A stretch of 64,000 bases of DNA, from contig CAVSGP010000005.1 in NCBI GenBank assembly GCA_963727505.1, positions 64,001 to 128,000 of the forward strand, in the 5' to 3' direction. The position numbers and the translations under genes were made by a program. Under the pieces are notes generated by a model. That model ran no database searches and had not been told where the DNA came from. It worked only from the letters and a program-made list of their open reading frames with translations. Positions 19,361 to 27,533 of the stretch are shown here, in pieces; the stretch's first letter is position 1, and each line of letters starts with the position of its first letter. This DNA comes from an uncultured Trueperaceae bacterium. Its GTDB lineage: Bacteria; Deinococcota; Deinococci; Deinococcales; Trueperaceae.

Positions 19361-20662
19361 ATGGTCGTGAGGCGCCGCTGGCGTCCATTGCGTGTCGTGC
19401 TGGTCCTGGCCGCGGCCGTCGCCCTGGGGGCAACCGGATGCGGGCCGTCGCAGCGCGAGCGCGAACTGCGGGATTCCAACCAGCAGCTCGAGCACGAGTT
19501 GAGGGGTCTGCAGAACGATCTCACGTCCGCGCAGAAGGCGCGCGACCAGGCGCTCGCCGACCTCGCCAAGGCGAAGCAGGAGCGCGACGCAGCCAGGAAA
19601 GACCTGGCCGATGCCGAGGCGCACGCCGAGATGCTGAGCCAGGACCGGGACCAGGCGGTGCAGCAGCTCCAGGCGGCGAAGGCCCAGGTCGACACCCTAA
19701 CGAAGCAACGTGACGAGGCGCGTGCCGCGCTCGATCAGGCGAACGGGGCCTTGACGCAGGCCCGCGCCGACGCAGCCAACGGTTCTACGCCGCCCGTTTC
19801 GGCGCAGCCGGACGCCGGATCGATGCAGGCCTCCCTGGACGCTACCAACGCCCGTGCTGACGCGGCCGAGGCGGCGGCGGCCAAGCTCCGCGACCAGCTT
19901 CAGAAGCTGGAGACGCAGCTGGTGAAGGCCAGTGACGACCTTGCCGCCGCCACCCAGGCGCGCGACGAACTACAGCAGACGCGGAGCGCCCTCGAGGCGC
20001 AGAGCGTCGAGCAGGCCAACGCCCTCGCCGCCGCGAAGGAGCAGGAACAGTCGCTTCGGGCCCAGGTGGCCGACTTGCAGGGGAAGGTGGCGGGGCTCCA
20101 GGCCCAGGTCGACGATGCGTCCGGCACCATCACCCAGGTCCGGGGCCGAGCGGCCGACAGCGAAGTCGCGCTGGTAGCGGCTCGGAAGGAGCGCGACGCG
20201 TTCCAGGCCCAACTGGTTGCGGCCCGCCAAGAACGCGACGTGCTGCAGGCTCGACTCGACGCAACCCAGGCGCGCAGCACCAACCTGGCACAGCAGTTGC
20301 AGCAGACGGCGGGCAACCTGCAGGCTGCCCGCGGGCGCGCTACCGAGCTGACGCTCAGCCTCGAGACGCTGCTGGCCAACCACCAGGGGCTGCAGCAGCT
20401 CACCGAGGCGCAGCGCACCGAGCTCGCCAGCGTGCGTCGTCGGCTGGAGGACGCCCAGAACGAGGTCGCTCGCCTCACCGGCGCGCGCGGGATCTACACG
20501 GTGCAGCCGGCCGACTCGCTGTCTTCGATCGCCGTCTTCTTCTACCGCAACGGCCACCTGTGGCCGGCCATCCTGGAAGCCAACGCCCACCTCATCGACG
20601 ATCCCGACCTGATCTTCCCGGGCATGGTGTTGATCGTTCCCGATGTCGCCGGCGCGGGCTGA
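19361..20662 (+). CDS. Coiled-coil lipoprotein with C-terminal LysM domain
   Basis: Lipobox 'ATGC'; long A/Q/L/E/R-rich heptad region; LysM 'YTVQPADSLSSIA...W..I..AN..I.DPDLIFPGMVLIVP'. Confidence 0.85.
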   Translation: MVVRRRWRPLRVVLVLAAAVALGATGCGPSQRERELRDSNQQLEHELRGLQNDLTSAQKARDQALADLAKAKQERDAARKDLADAEAHAEMLSQDRDQAVQQLQAAKAQVDTLTKQRDEARAALDQANGALTQARADAANGSTPPVSAQPDAGSMQASLDATNARADAAEAAAAKLRDQLQKLETQLVKASDDLAAATQARDELQQTRSALEAQSVEQANALAAAKEQEQSLRAQVADLQGKVAGLQAQVDDASGTITQVRGRAADSEVALVAARKERDAFQAQLVAARQERDVLQARLDATQARSTNLAQQLQQTAGNLQAARGRATELTLSLETLLANHQGLQQLTEAQRTELASVRRRLEDAQNEVARLTGARGIYTVQPADSLSSIAVFFYRNGHLWPAILEANAHLIDDPDLIFPGMVLIVPDVAGAG

Positions 20663-20672
20663 TCGCCAGGCC

Positions 20673-21413
20673 TCAGCCGGTCTTCGCTAGCTCCGCCAGG
20701 CGCTGGGCCACGCCCTGGTTCACGACCCCCCCGTGGTACGTGATGACGGTAGCGATGTCGAGCGGCGCCAGCTTCGCAAGAGAGCTGAGGGCTGTCTCCA
20801 TGTCGGGCGTCACCCCCGGGCGCGGTCCTTCGAGACGTCCTCCCTCGGAAACCAGTGCGTCGCCGGCGACGAGGGTGCGGCTGCGCTGCAGATAGAGGCT
20901 GACGTGGCCGGGGGTGTGGCCCGGTGTGTGGATCACCGTGATGCCGCCGCAGTAGGGGAGCACCTCGCCGTCCTCGACGGCACGATCGACCGCGGCGTGC
21001 GGCGGGTTCTTCATGATGGCCTCCACCGCTTCGCGACGCTCGGCGGGCAGGCCCTTCAGGCGCTCCGCCATGCGCCCCATGTCCATCTTGATCGGGGTCT
21101 TCTCTCCCTCGATGTAGGGCCGGTCGAGTGGGTGGGCGAGCACCTCTACCTCGTGACCGACCGCGCGAAGGAGCTCGGGCAGGCCGCCGATGTGGTCGAT
21201 GTCCTGGTGCGTGAGGACGATGCGGGTGAGCCGTTCGAGCGGAATGCCCGCTTGCAGGCAGGCCTCACGGATGGCCTGGAGCTGGCCCGGCATGCCGGTG
21301 TCGATGAGGATCGCGTCCTGCTCGTCCCACATCAGGGTGGGATGGATGGCGCTGGGGCCACCCAGGAAGTCCATCGTCAGTTCGAGCGCTTCGACGCCTT
21401 CGGCTACGCGCAT
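20673..21413 (-). CDS. MBL-fold metallo-hydrolase
   Basis: 'THQDIDHIGG', 'HTPGHTPGH', 'GDA', 'YHG'; RBS AAGGAG. Confidence 0.92.
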   Translation of the reverse strand: MRVAEGVEALELTMDFLGGPSAIHPTLMWDEQDAILIDTGMPGQLQAIREACLQAGIPLERLTRIVLTHQDIDHIGGLPELLRAVGHEVEVLAHPLDRPYIEGEKTPIKMDMGRMAERLKGLPAERREAVEAIMKNPPHAAVDRAVEDGEVLPYCGGITVIHTPGHTPGHVSLYLQRSRTLVAGDALVSEGGRLEGPRPGVTPDMETALSSLAKLAPLDIATVITYHGGVVNQGVAQRLAELAKTG

Positions 21414-21540
21414 GGAGAACCACTCCTTGTCGGGTCCAACGTACGTCGGGGAGTCGATGCCCGGCGTATCGCGCGGATGCGGACGGCGCGAACACCTGGC
21501 GCAAGGGAGGACCGGAGGGGTGCTAGGGTTCTCTCGACCC

Positions 21541-21909
21541 ATGGACGAGCCCGTCACGTTCCTCGCGGCCCTCGAGCGCGCCTGCCTGGCGAAGCCGGGT
21601 GCGGTCCTGGATCGCCCGTTCGGCCCCGAGACGCTCGTCTACAAGGTGGCCGGCCGCATGTTCGCGCTGGTGGCCCGGCGCGCCACGCCCCTCCAAGTCA
21701 GCCTGAAGTGCGACCCCGAGCTCGCGGTGGCGTTGCGATCGAGCTATCCGGCGATCACCGCCGGCTACCACCTCAACAAGCGCCACTGGAACACCGTTTG
21801 CCTGGACGGAAGCGTACCGGACACCACCGTCAGCGAGCTGATCGACCTCTCCTACGACCTGGTGGTGGCCAAGCTGTCGGCAGCCGTGCGTGGCTCGCTT
21901 GCCTCCTAG
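21541..21909 (+). CDS. MmcQ/YjbR family DNA-binding protein
   Basis: '[18 protein letters not shown]', 'LKCDP', '[12 protein letters not shown]', 'SYDLVV'. Confidence 0.92.
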   Translation: MDEPVTFLAALERACLAKPGAVLDRPFGPETLVYKVAGRMFALVARRATPLQVSLKCDPELAVALRSSYPAITAGYHLNKRHWNTVCLDGSVPDTTVSELIDLSYDLVVAKLSAAVRGSLAS

Positions 21910-22919
21910 CGCCCGCGCACCGCGCCTTCCAGGAAGTCGTAGGGGTAGGGCGGTATGACATCGCTGGCCGAAGTCAGCTTCGTCATCTGGTCCTCCGTAA
22001 GGCCCCAACCGACTGCTCCGAGGTTGTCCTCGAGCTGCGTCATGGTGCGGGCTCCCAGGATCGGTGCGGTGACGCCGGGCCGCTGCAGGAGCCAGCGGAC
22101 GGCCACCTGTGCAGGGGTCCGTCCGGCTTCCTCGGCCACCTCGAGCAGGGCGTCGATGACCGTCCAGGTGTGCTCGTTGGCGAGATTGGGCCAGCTCTCG
22201 CCCCAGCCCTTCTTCGCTGCGATCTCCACGCGCGTGCCCTGCGGGGGTTGCTCCATGCCACGCCGGTACTTGCCGGACAGCCAGCCGCCCCGCAGCGGGC
22301 TCCACGGGATCACGCCGAGGCCCTCGCGCTGCGCCACCGGAAGGAGCTCCCACTCGGTCGAGCGGCACAGCAGGTTGTACTGCGGCTGCAACGACACGAA
22401 CGGTTCGAAGCCGCGCTCGCGGCTCAGGTCGAGGGCGCGCTGGAGCTGGTAGCCCGCGAAGTTGCTGGCGCCCAGGTAACGCACGCGTCCGTCCTTCACG
22501 ACCGTGTCGAGGGTGCTCATCACCACCTCGAGCGGGGTCCCCGGATCCCAGGCGTGGACCTGCAGTAGATCGACGTGGTCGGTCTGGAGGCGGGCAAGGC
22601 TGGCATTCAGCGACGCGAGGATGTGCTTGCGGCTGAGACCCACGTCGTTGGGGCCCTCGCCCATCGGGAAGCGCACCTTCGTCGCAACGACCAGGTCGTC
22701 CCGGTCCTGACGCTTCAGCCAGCGGCCGACGATCTCCTCCGATACGCCGCGCGAGTACACGTTCGCGGTGTCGATGAAGTTCCCGCCGGCGGTGACGAAG
22801 GCGTCCAGCATGCGGTGGCTCTCCTGCTCGCTGGCTTCCCCTTCGCGGCCGAAGGTCATGGCTCCCATGCAGAGCTCGCTGACCTTCACGCCGGACGCTC
22901 CTAAGTAGCGGTATTCCAT
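21906..22919 (-). CDS. Aldo/keto reductase
   Basis: 'NFIDTANVY', 'ATK', 'LQVH', 'GASN', 'WSPL.GG.LSGKY', 'PILGAR'. Confidence 0.93.
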   Translation of the reverse strand: MEYRYLGASGVKVSELCMGAMTFGREGEASEQESHRMLDAFVTAGGNFIDTANVYSRGVSEEIVGRWLKRQDRDDLVVATKVRFPMGEGPNDVGLSRKHILASLNASLARLQTDHVDLLQVHAWDPGTPLEVVMSTLDTVVKDGRVRYLGASNFAGYQLQRALDLSRERGFEPFVSLQPQYNLLCRSTEWELLPVAQREGLGVIPWSPLRGGWLSGKYRRGMEQPPQGTRVEIAAKKGWGESWPNLANEHTWTVIDALLEVAEEAGRTPAQVAVRWLLQRPGVTAPILGARTMTQLEDNLGAVGWGLTEDQMTKLTSASDVIPPYPYDFLEGAVRGR

Positions 22920-23075
22920 GGCACGCCCTCCCTTGCATGAGGACCCGGCCACCGGGGCCGAGCTACGGCACCATGGTAGCTCCGCGGCGCGAGGGGCCGC
23001 GGTCCGGACCGCGCCTTCACGCGCCTGCACACGGGGTGCGCGCGGTCCCTGCAGACTGGCCGACCCGTGCGGACG

Positions 23076-23915
23076 CTAGCCGCCAACCACCAACCGGGTG
23101 GTGAGTCGCCCCAGGGGTCCCACCTCGACGCCGAGCTCGTCGCCGGGGCGCAGCCAACGCTTCTCTTGCATGCCGAGGATGACGCCCTCGGGGGTGCCGG
23201 TGGCGATCACGTCGCCGGGCTCCAGGGAGAAGTAGGTGCTGGCGTAGCTGATGATCTCGGCCACGCTGAAGATCATGTCCGCCGTGTTGGAGTCCTGCCG
23301 CAGCTCACCGTTGAGCCAGCAGCGCACGCCGAGCGCCTGCGGGTCGGGGATGGTGTCGGCGGTGTGGAGCTCCGGGCCGAGCGGCAGGAAGCCGTCGAGC
23401 GTCTTGCCGAGAAGCCACTGGCCGGTGCGCTGCTGCAGCCCGCGCGCGCTCAGGTCGTTGCCGTTGGTGTAGCCCAGCACGTAGTCGAGCGCGCGGGCCT
23501 CACTGACGCGCCGAGCGCGGCGACCCATGACGACGACGAGCTCCGCCTCGTAGTCGAGCTTCTCCACCTCAGGCGGGACCGCGACCTCGGCGTCGGGGCC
23601 GGTGACGGCGTTGCCGAACTTCGAGAACAGCACCGGACTGGTAGGGATCTTCATGCCGGTCTCGTTGGCGTGGCGCCGATAGTTGAGGCCCACGCACAGC
23701 ACCTTGCCGGGCCGAGGGATCGGCGGCCCGAGCCGCAGCTGCGCCGCGTCGACCGTGGAGCGTCTCTCTTCGGCGATGCGGGCCAGCTCGGGCAGGGCGG
23801 ACGACCCCTTTGCTGCCAGCTGGTCCGCGGTGAGCTCGGTGCGCACGACGGTGTCGCCCTCGCGCACGCCGACGCGCAGGGTGCCCTCGGAGTCATAGAA
23901 ACTGACCAGGATCAT
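23076..23915 (-). CDS. Fumarylacetoacetate hydrolase family protein
   Basis: 'CVGLNY..H', 'DYEAEL', 'NDLSAR', 'GKT', 'GDVIATGTPEGV'. Confidence 0.93.
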   Translation of the reverse strand: MILVSFYDSEGTLRVGVREGDTVVRTELTADQLAAKGSSALPELARIAEERRSTVDAAQLRLGPPIPRPGKVLCVGLNYRRHANETGMKIPTSPVLFSKFGNAVTGPDAEVAVPPEVEKLDYEAELVVVMGRRARRVSEARALDYVLGYTNGNDLSARGLQQRTGQWLLGKTLDGFLPLGPELHTADTIPDPQALGVRCWLNGELRQDSNTADMIFSVAEIISYASTYFSLEPGDVIATGTPEGVILGMQEKRWLRPGDELGVEVGPLGRLTTRLVVGG

Positions 23916-24078
23916 GCTGCCTCCCATGTCCGGCCGGCACGTCCGTGGGCGGCCGGCAGGGGTGTGACGATCGGCCCCAAGCCTACCGAACTCGGGCCCG
24001 TGATGCGGTCCGCCGCCGGTCGGTTGCCATGACGCTCCCTCTCCAACCGGATGACGGAGGCCACGTCCGCGCGGCCGG

Positions 24079-24750
24079 TCAGCCGGTCTTGCGGTAGAGC
24101 GCGTTCACGGTGGTGCGGTGGCCCTGCTCCGTAGGCACGCGCACGGCCTCCGTCGGCTCGGCCGGCTCGAGCCCGTGCCGCGCGAAGGCGGCGTCGAGCG
24201 CCTCCGGCGTGAGCAGCGTGATGCGGTCGTGCGGCCCCCCGAAACCGAAGTAGACGTCGGTTTCCCCGGGGACCCGCTCGAGCGCGACGCCGCGGGGTCG
24301 AGAGTCGGGGGCGAAGTTCGCGACCAGGCAGTGCCCCCCGGGCGCGAGGAGGCGGGCCGTGCCCGCCAGGGTGCGCTCCCATTCCTCGACGCCGGCCGCG
24401 TTCTGGAAGGCGCCGAGCGCGATCACCAGATCGAAGGCGCCATCGGGGAACGGGCCGAGGTCGTCCATGCGGCCGAGCACCACGCGCTGCTCTGCCACAG
24501 CGGCGCCGATCACCGGCTCGAGCCGTGCGCGGGTCGCCTCGACCATGGCCTCGGAGCTGTCGAGCGCCCACACCTCGGCGCCCGCCTCGGCCAGGAACAG
24601 GCTGTTGCGTCCCGCCGCGCAGCCGATGTCGAGGCTGCGCAGCGCCGACGCCTCGCGCTGCGACAGCCACCTCACCAGCCGGTGGTCGGGCTCGCGGGCG
24701 CCGAAGCGCTCCACGATATCGGGGCGTTCCCAGAAGGACGAGGCGCTCAT
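24079..24750 (-). CDS. Class I SAM-dependent methyltransferase
   Basis: Motif I 'LDIGCAAGRN'; 'FPDGAFDLV'; 'LAPGG'. Confidence 0.88.
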   Translation of the reverse strand: MSASSFWERPDIVERFGAREPDHRLVRWLSQREASALRSLDIGCAAGRNSLFLAEAGAEVWALDSSEAMVEATRARLEPVIGAAVAEQRVVLGRMDDLGPFPDGAFDLVIALGAFQNAAGVEEWERTLAGTARLLAPGGHCLVANFAPDSRPRGVALERVPGETDVYFGFGGPHDRITLLTPEALDAAFARHGLEPAEPTEAVRVPTEQGHRTTVNALYRKTG

Positions 24751-24808
24751 CCTCGCATTGTGCCGCACGCGGGTGAGAGGCCTTCCGGGCCCGGCGTGTA
24801 CCAGGCCA

Positions 24809-24837
24809 TTGACGTCGCGTGGGCGCTCCTCTAGGCT
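24809..24837 (+). promoter_or_regulatory. Sigma70-type promoter candidate
   Basis: TTGACG-N17-TAGGCT upstream of the SPW gene. Confidence 0.55.
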
Positions 24838-24906
24838 TTGACTGTCCGGTCAGGAAATCGCCGCCGGTGCACGAGGGGCGTGTCCCGCTGTCGGAAGGAG
24901 CGCATC

Positions 24907-25263
24907 ATGAGATCAGGATCCGATCAATTGTCGGCCCTGAGCATGCTGGCCGCCGTCTGGTTGTTCTTGTCGCCGTGGATCGTGAGACCCTGGCACCAGG
25001 TCTACGCCGTGGACGCCTGGATGGTCGGCGCCGTCGCCGTGGTCGTGCTCACGAGCGCCATGCGCGCGCCGCGCCCGCCGCTGTCCGACATCGTGGCCGG
25101 GCTCCTCGGGGCGTGGATATTCGCGTCGCCCTGGGTTCTCCACTACACCGATGCCTTGGGGCCGGCACGGAACTCCTGGATCATCGGCGGCATCATCGCC
25201 GTGTTGTCGCTGGGCGCCGCCGCCATGGGGCTGGCCGGAAGCCGGGGGACCCAGCCGGCCTGA
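24907..25263 (+). CDS. SPW repeat membrane protein
   Basis: Two 'W...SPW' repeats; four TM; RBS AAGGAG. Confidence 0.85.
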   Translation: MRSGSDQLSALSMLAAVWLFLSPWIVRPWHQVYAVDAWMVGAVAVVVLTSAMRAPRPPLSDIVAGLLGAWIFASPWVLHYTDALGPARNSWIIGGIIAVLSLGAAAMGLAGSRGTQPA

Positions 25264-25371
25264 ATCGACGGGCCGCGCGCGCCGGGCGCCCAGCAGGAGC
25301 GCCCACGGCACGCGTAGAGCCCCCGGTGGTTTCCCGCTGTGGTTGCTCGCGGTGACCGCCCCCGATCCGCG

Positions 25372-26205
25372 TCAGCGGGCTCCCTGCAGGAGCGGGAAGA
25401 ACACGTGCCAGACGATGTCGGCCCAGAAGTGGATGCCGCTGGCGGCGAGCAGCCCGTAGCGCAGGAAGGCGCGACCGGCCAGCAGGCCGAGCCCGCCGTT
25501 GAGAAGCACCAGCTCCACCAGCTCCACCGCCGGAAGCGCGAGCGGCGTGCCCACGCCCGCCAGCATCATGACGCTCGCCAGATGGCCGGCCGCGAACGCC
25601 AGTGCCGCCAGGACGTTGGCGGTCCACAGCGCCGCGCGCCGCAGGTCGGGGCGGCGCAGCCACCGCAGCAGCGTGGTGAGGAGCCAGGCCCACAGGCTGA
25701 GCACGAACAAGCGGAAGGCGATCTCCTCCCCGATGCCGGCGGTCAGCGACGCGAGCAGGGACGAGGGGAACGGGGGGTGCGGGAACCCGGAGAAGGTGGG
25801 GCTCAAGCGGGCCGCGAGGCGGTCGAGGACCACCAGACCCACGCCGGCGGCCACACCCACGACGAGGGGCCCCAACCACAGCGCGCGGGCGGACACGCGC
25901 GCTGCCAGCGTGCCAGGCAACCCGGCGCCACGCGCCATCGCGTCGCCGGCGAGCCCGAGCAGGCCGTAGAGCACCAGCACCAGAAAAAGGTTGGCGACCG
26001 CCAGTTGCCACAGCGGGATGTCGGGCATGGGCGTGCCCAGGAGAGAGGCGTTGGCCGCCATGCCTTCGGGAAGCAGCACGTAGGCGGCCGTCGCCAGCGC
26101 GTAGACCGCCAGCATGACGGCCAGGAGACGCAGGCGCGCGGCGCGCGGCGCTGCGGCCGGTGTTGCGGCGGGTGTCGCGGCCGTGGCGGGACGATGGTCG
26201 CGCAC
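25372..26205 (-). CDS. CPBP (Abi/CAAX) family intramembrane metalloprotease; start uncertain
   Basis: 'EEIAFR', 'FAAGH', 'HFWAD'; multiple TM helices. Confidence 0.8.
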   Translation of the reverse strand: MRDHRPATAATPAATPAAAPRAARLRLLAVMLAVYALATAAYVLLPEGMAANASLLGTPMPDIPLWQLAVANLFLVLVLYGLLGLAGDAMARGAGLPGTLAARVSARALWLGPLVVGVAAGVGLVVLDRLAARLSPTFSGFPHPPFPSSLLASLTAGIGEEIAFRLFVLSLWAWLLTTLLRWLRRPDLRRAALWTANVLAALAFAAGHLASVMMLAGVGTPLALPAVELVELVLLNGGLGLLAGRAFLRYGLLAASGIHFWADIVWHVFFPLLQGAR

Positions 26206-26419
26206 GGCTCGAGCCTTGCACGAAGCGTTCCCGGTCGCTAGGGAGGGACGTCCGGGCGCGGCCGCGGTTGGATCTCGGGGGGCCACCCGGACCGCTCGCC
26301 CGCGGCGCCGCGCGTTCGGGCGGCGTTCGCGCATCGGGCGTGCATCGGGCGCGGGATGGCAGGCGCTATCGTGGAGTCGTGAACGTTCGCTCGCTCTCCA
26401 CCACCAAGGAAGCCCGACC

Positions 26420-27394
26420 ATGAGCTCATCTTCGCGCTCCCCAGGGAAGGCGCGCGGCCTCGCGGCCTGCGCTACGGAACGGGGCATCATCGCGGCGCTG
26501 GCCATCGATCAGCGCGGGAGCCTGCGCAAGGCGCTCGCGAGGGCCGGAGGCAAGGAGGCCGCGGCGGTGACCGACGAGGATCTCGCCGCTTTCAAGGCGG
26601 CGGTGACGCGCGTGCTGACGCCGCAGGCGTCGGCGGTGCTGCTCGACCCGCTCTACGGCTGGGGGGCGGCCGAGGGCCGCGCGGCCGGAGCGGGGCTCAT
26701 CGTCGCCTACGAGAAGAGCGGCTACGACGCCACCGACGAGCACCGCATGCCGACGTTGTTGCCAGAGTGGTCGGCCGCCCGTCTGAAGGCATCGGGAGCG
26801 GACGCCGTCAAGGTACTGGTCTACTACGATCCCGCGAGCCCCGCCGAGGTCAACGAGCACAAGCAGGCGTTCGTCCGGCGCGTGGGTGAGGAGTGCCGGG
26901 ACGCGGATGTGGCCTTCTTCCTGGAGCCGGTCACCTACAGCGGTGAGGGCGGCGGCGCGGGCGTCGACGCCGCCGAGCGCAAGCCCGAGCGGGTGACGCG
27001 CAGTATCGCCGAGTGGACGCGGCCCGAGTACGCCGTGGACGTGCTGAAGGTGGAGGTGCCGGTCGATCCGGGCTGGCTCGAGCCTGCGGCGCTGTCCTCC
27101 CAGCGCGATCGCGTCCTGTCCGCCTTCCGGCAGGCCACGGAGGCGTCGACGCTGCCCCTGATCTTCCTGTCGGCCGGGGTCGACATGGAGCTGTTCGTGC
27201 GTTCGCTCGAGCTCGCCGGCGAAGCGGGCGCTCGCTTCAACGGCGTGCTGTGCGGCCGCGCCACCTGGAAGGGCGGGATCGCAGCCTACGCCGGGGGCGG
27301 GGAGTCCGCGCTGGAAGCATGGTTGCGCAGCGACGGGCTGGCCAACATCGGCCGCCTCAACGAGGCGCTGGAAGCGAGCGCGACGGCGCTCTAG
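26420..27394 (+). CDS. lacD: Tagatose-1,6-bisphosphate aldolase (LacD-type class I aldolase)
   Basis: 'ALAIDQRGSL', 'AYEKSGYD', 'VKVLVYY', Schiff-base 'VLKVEVP', 'LSAGV', 'LCGRATW'. Confidence 0.85.
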   Translation: MSSSSRSPGKARGLAACATERGIIAALAIDQRGSLRKALARAGGKEAAAVTDEDLAAFKAAVTRVLTPQASAVLLDPLYGWGAAEGRAAGAGLIVAYEKSGYDATDEHRMPTLLPEWSAARLKASGADAVKVLVYYDPASPAEVNEHKQAFVRRVGEECRDADVAFFLEPVTYSGEGGGAGVDAAERKPERVTRSIAEWTRPEYAVDVLKVEVPVDPGWLEPAALSSQRDRVLSAFRQATEASTLPLIFLSAGVDMELFVRSLELAGEAGARFNGVLCGRATWKGGIAAYAGGGESALEAWLRSDGLANIGRLNEALEASATAL

Positions 27395-27398
27395 CCAC

Positions 27399-27533
27399 GG
27401 GCTCTCAGGCCCTGGGCTCTCAAACCCTGGGCTCTCAAACCCTGGGCCCTCAAACCCTGGGCCCTCAAACCCCGGGCTCTCAAACCCCGGGCTCTCGAAC
27501 CCCGGGCTCTCGAACCCCGGGCCTTCAGGCGCC
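27399..27533. repeat. 15-bp tandem repeat, 8 units plus 1 degenerate (consensus GGGCTCTCAAACCCY)
   Basis: Units start at 27399, 27414, 27429, 27444, 27459, 27474, 27489, 27504 and 27519; they fill the gap between two convergent stop codons. Confidence 0.95.

Noticed and set aside
27399..27533. Possible CRISPR array
   Set aside because: The units are 15 bp and directly abutting, with no unique spacers and no cas genes.
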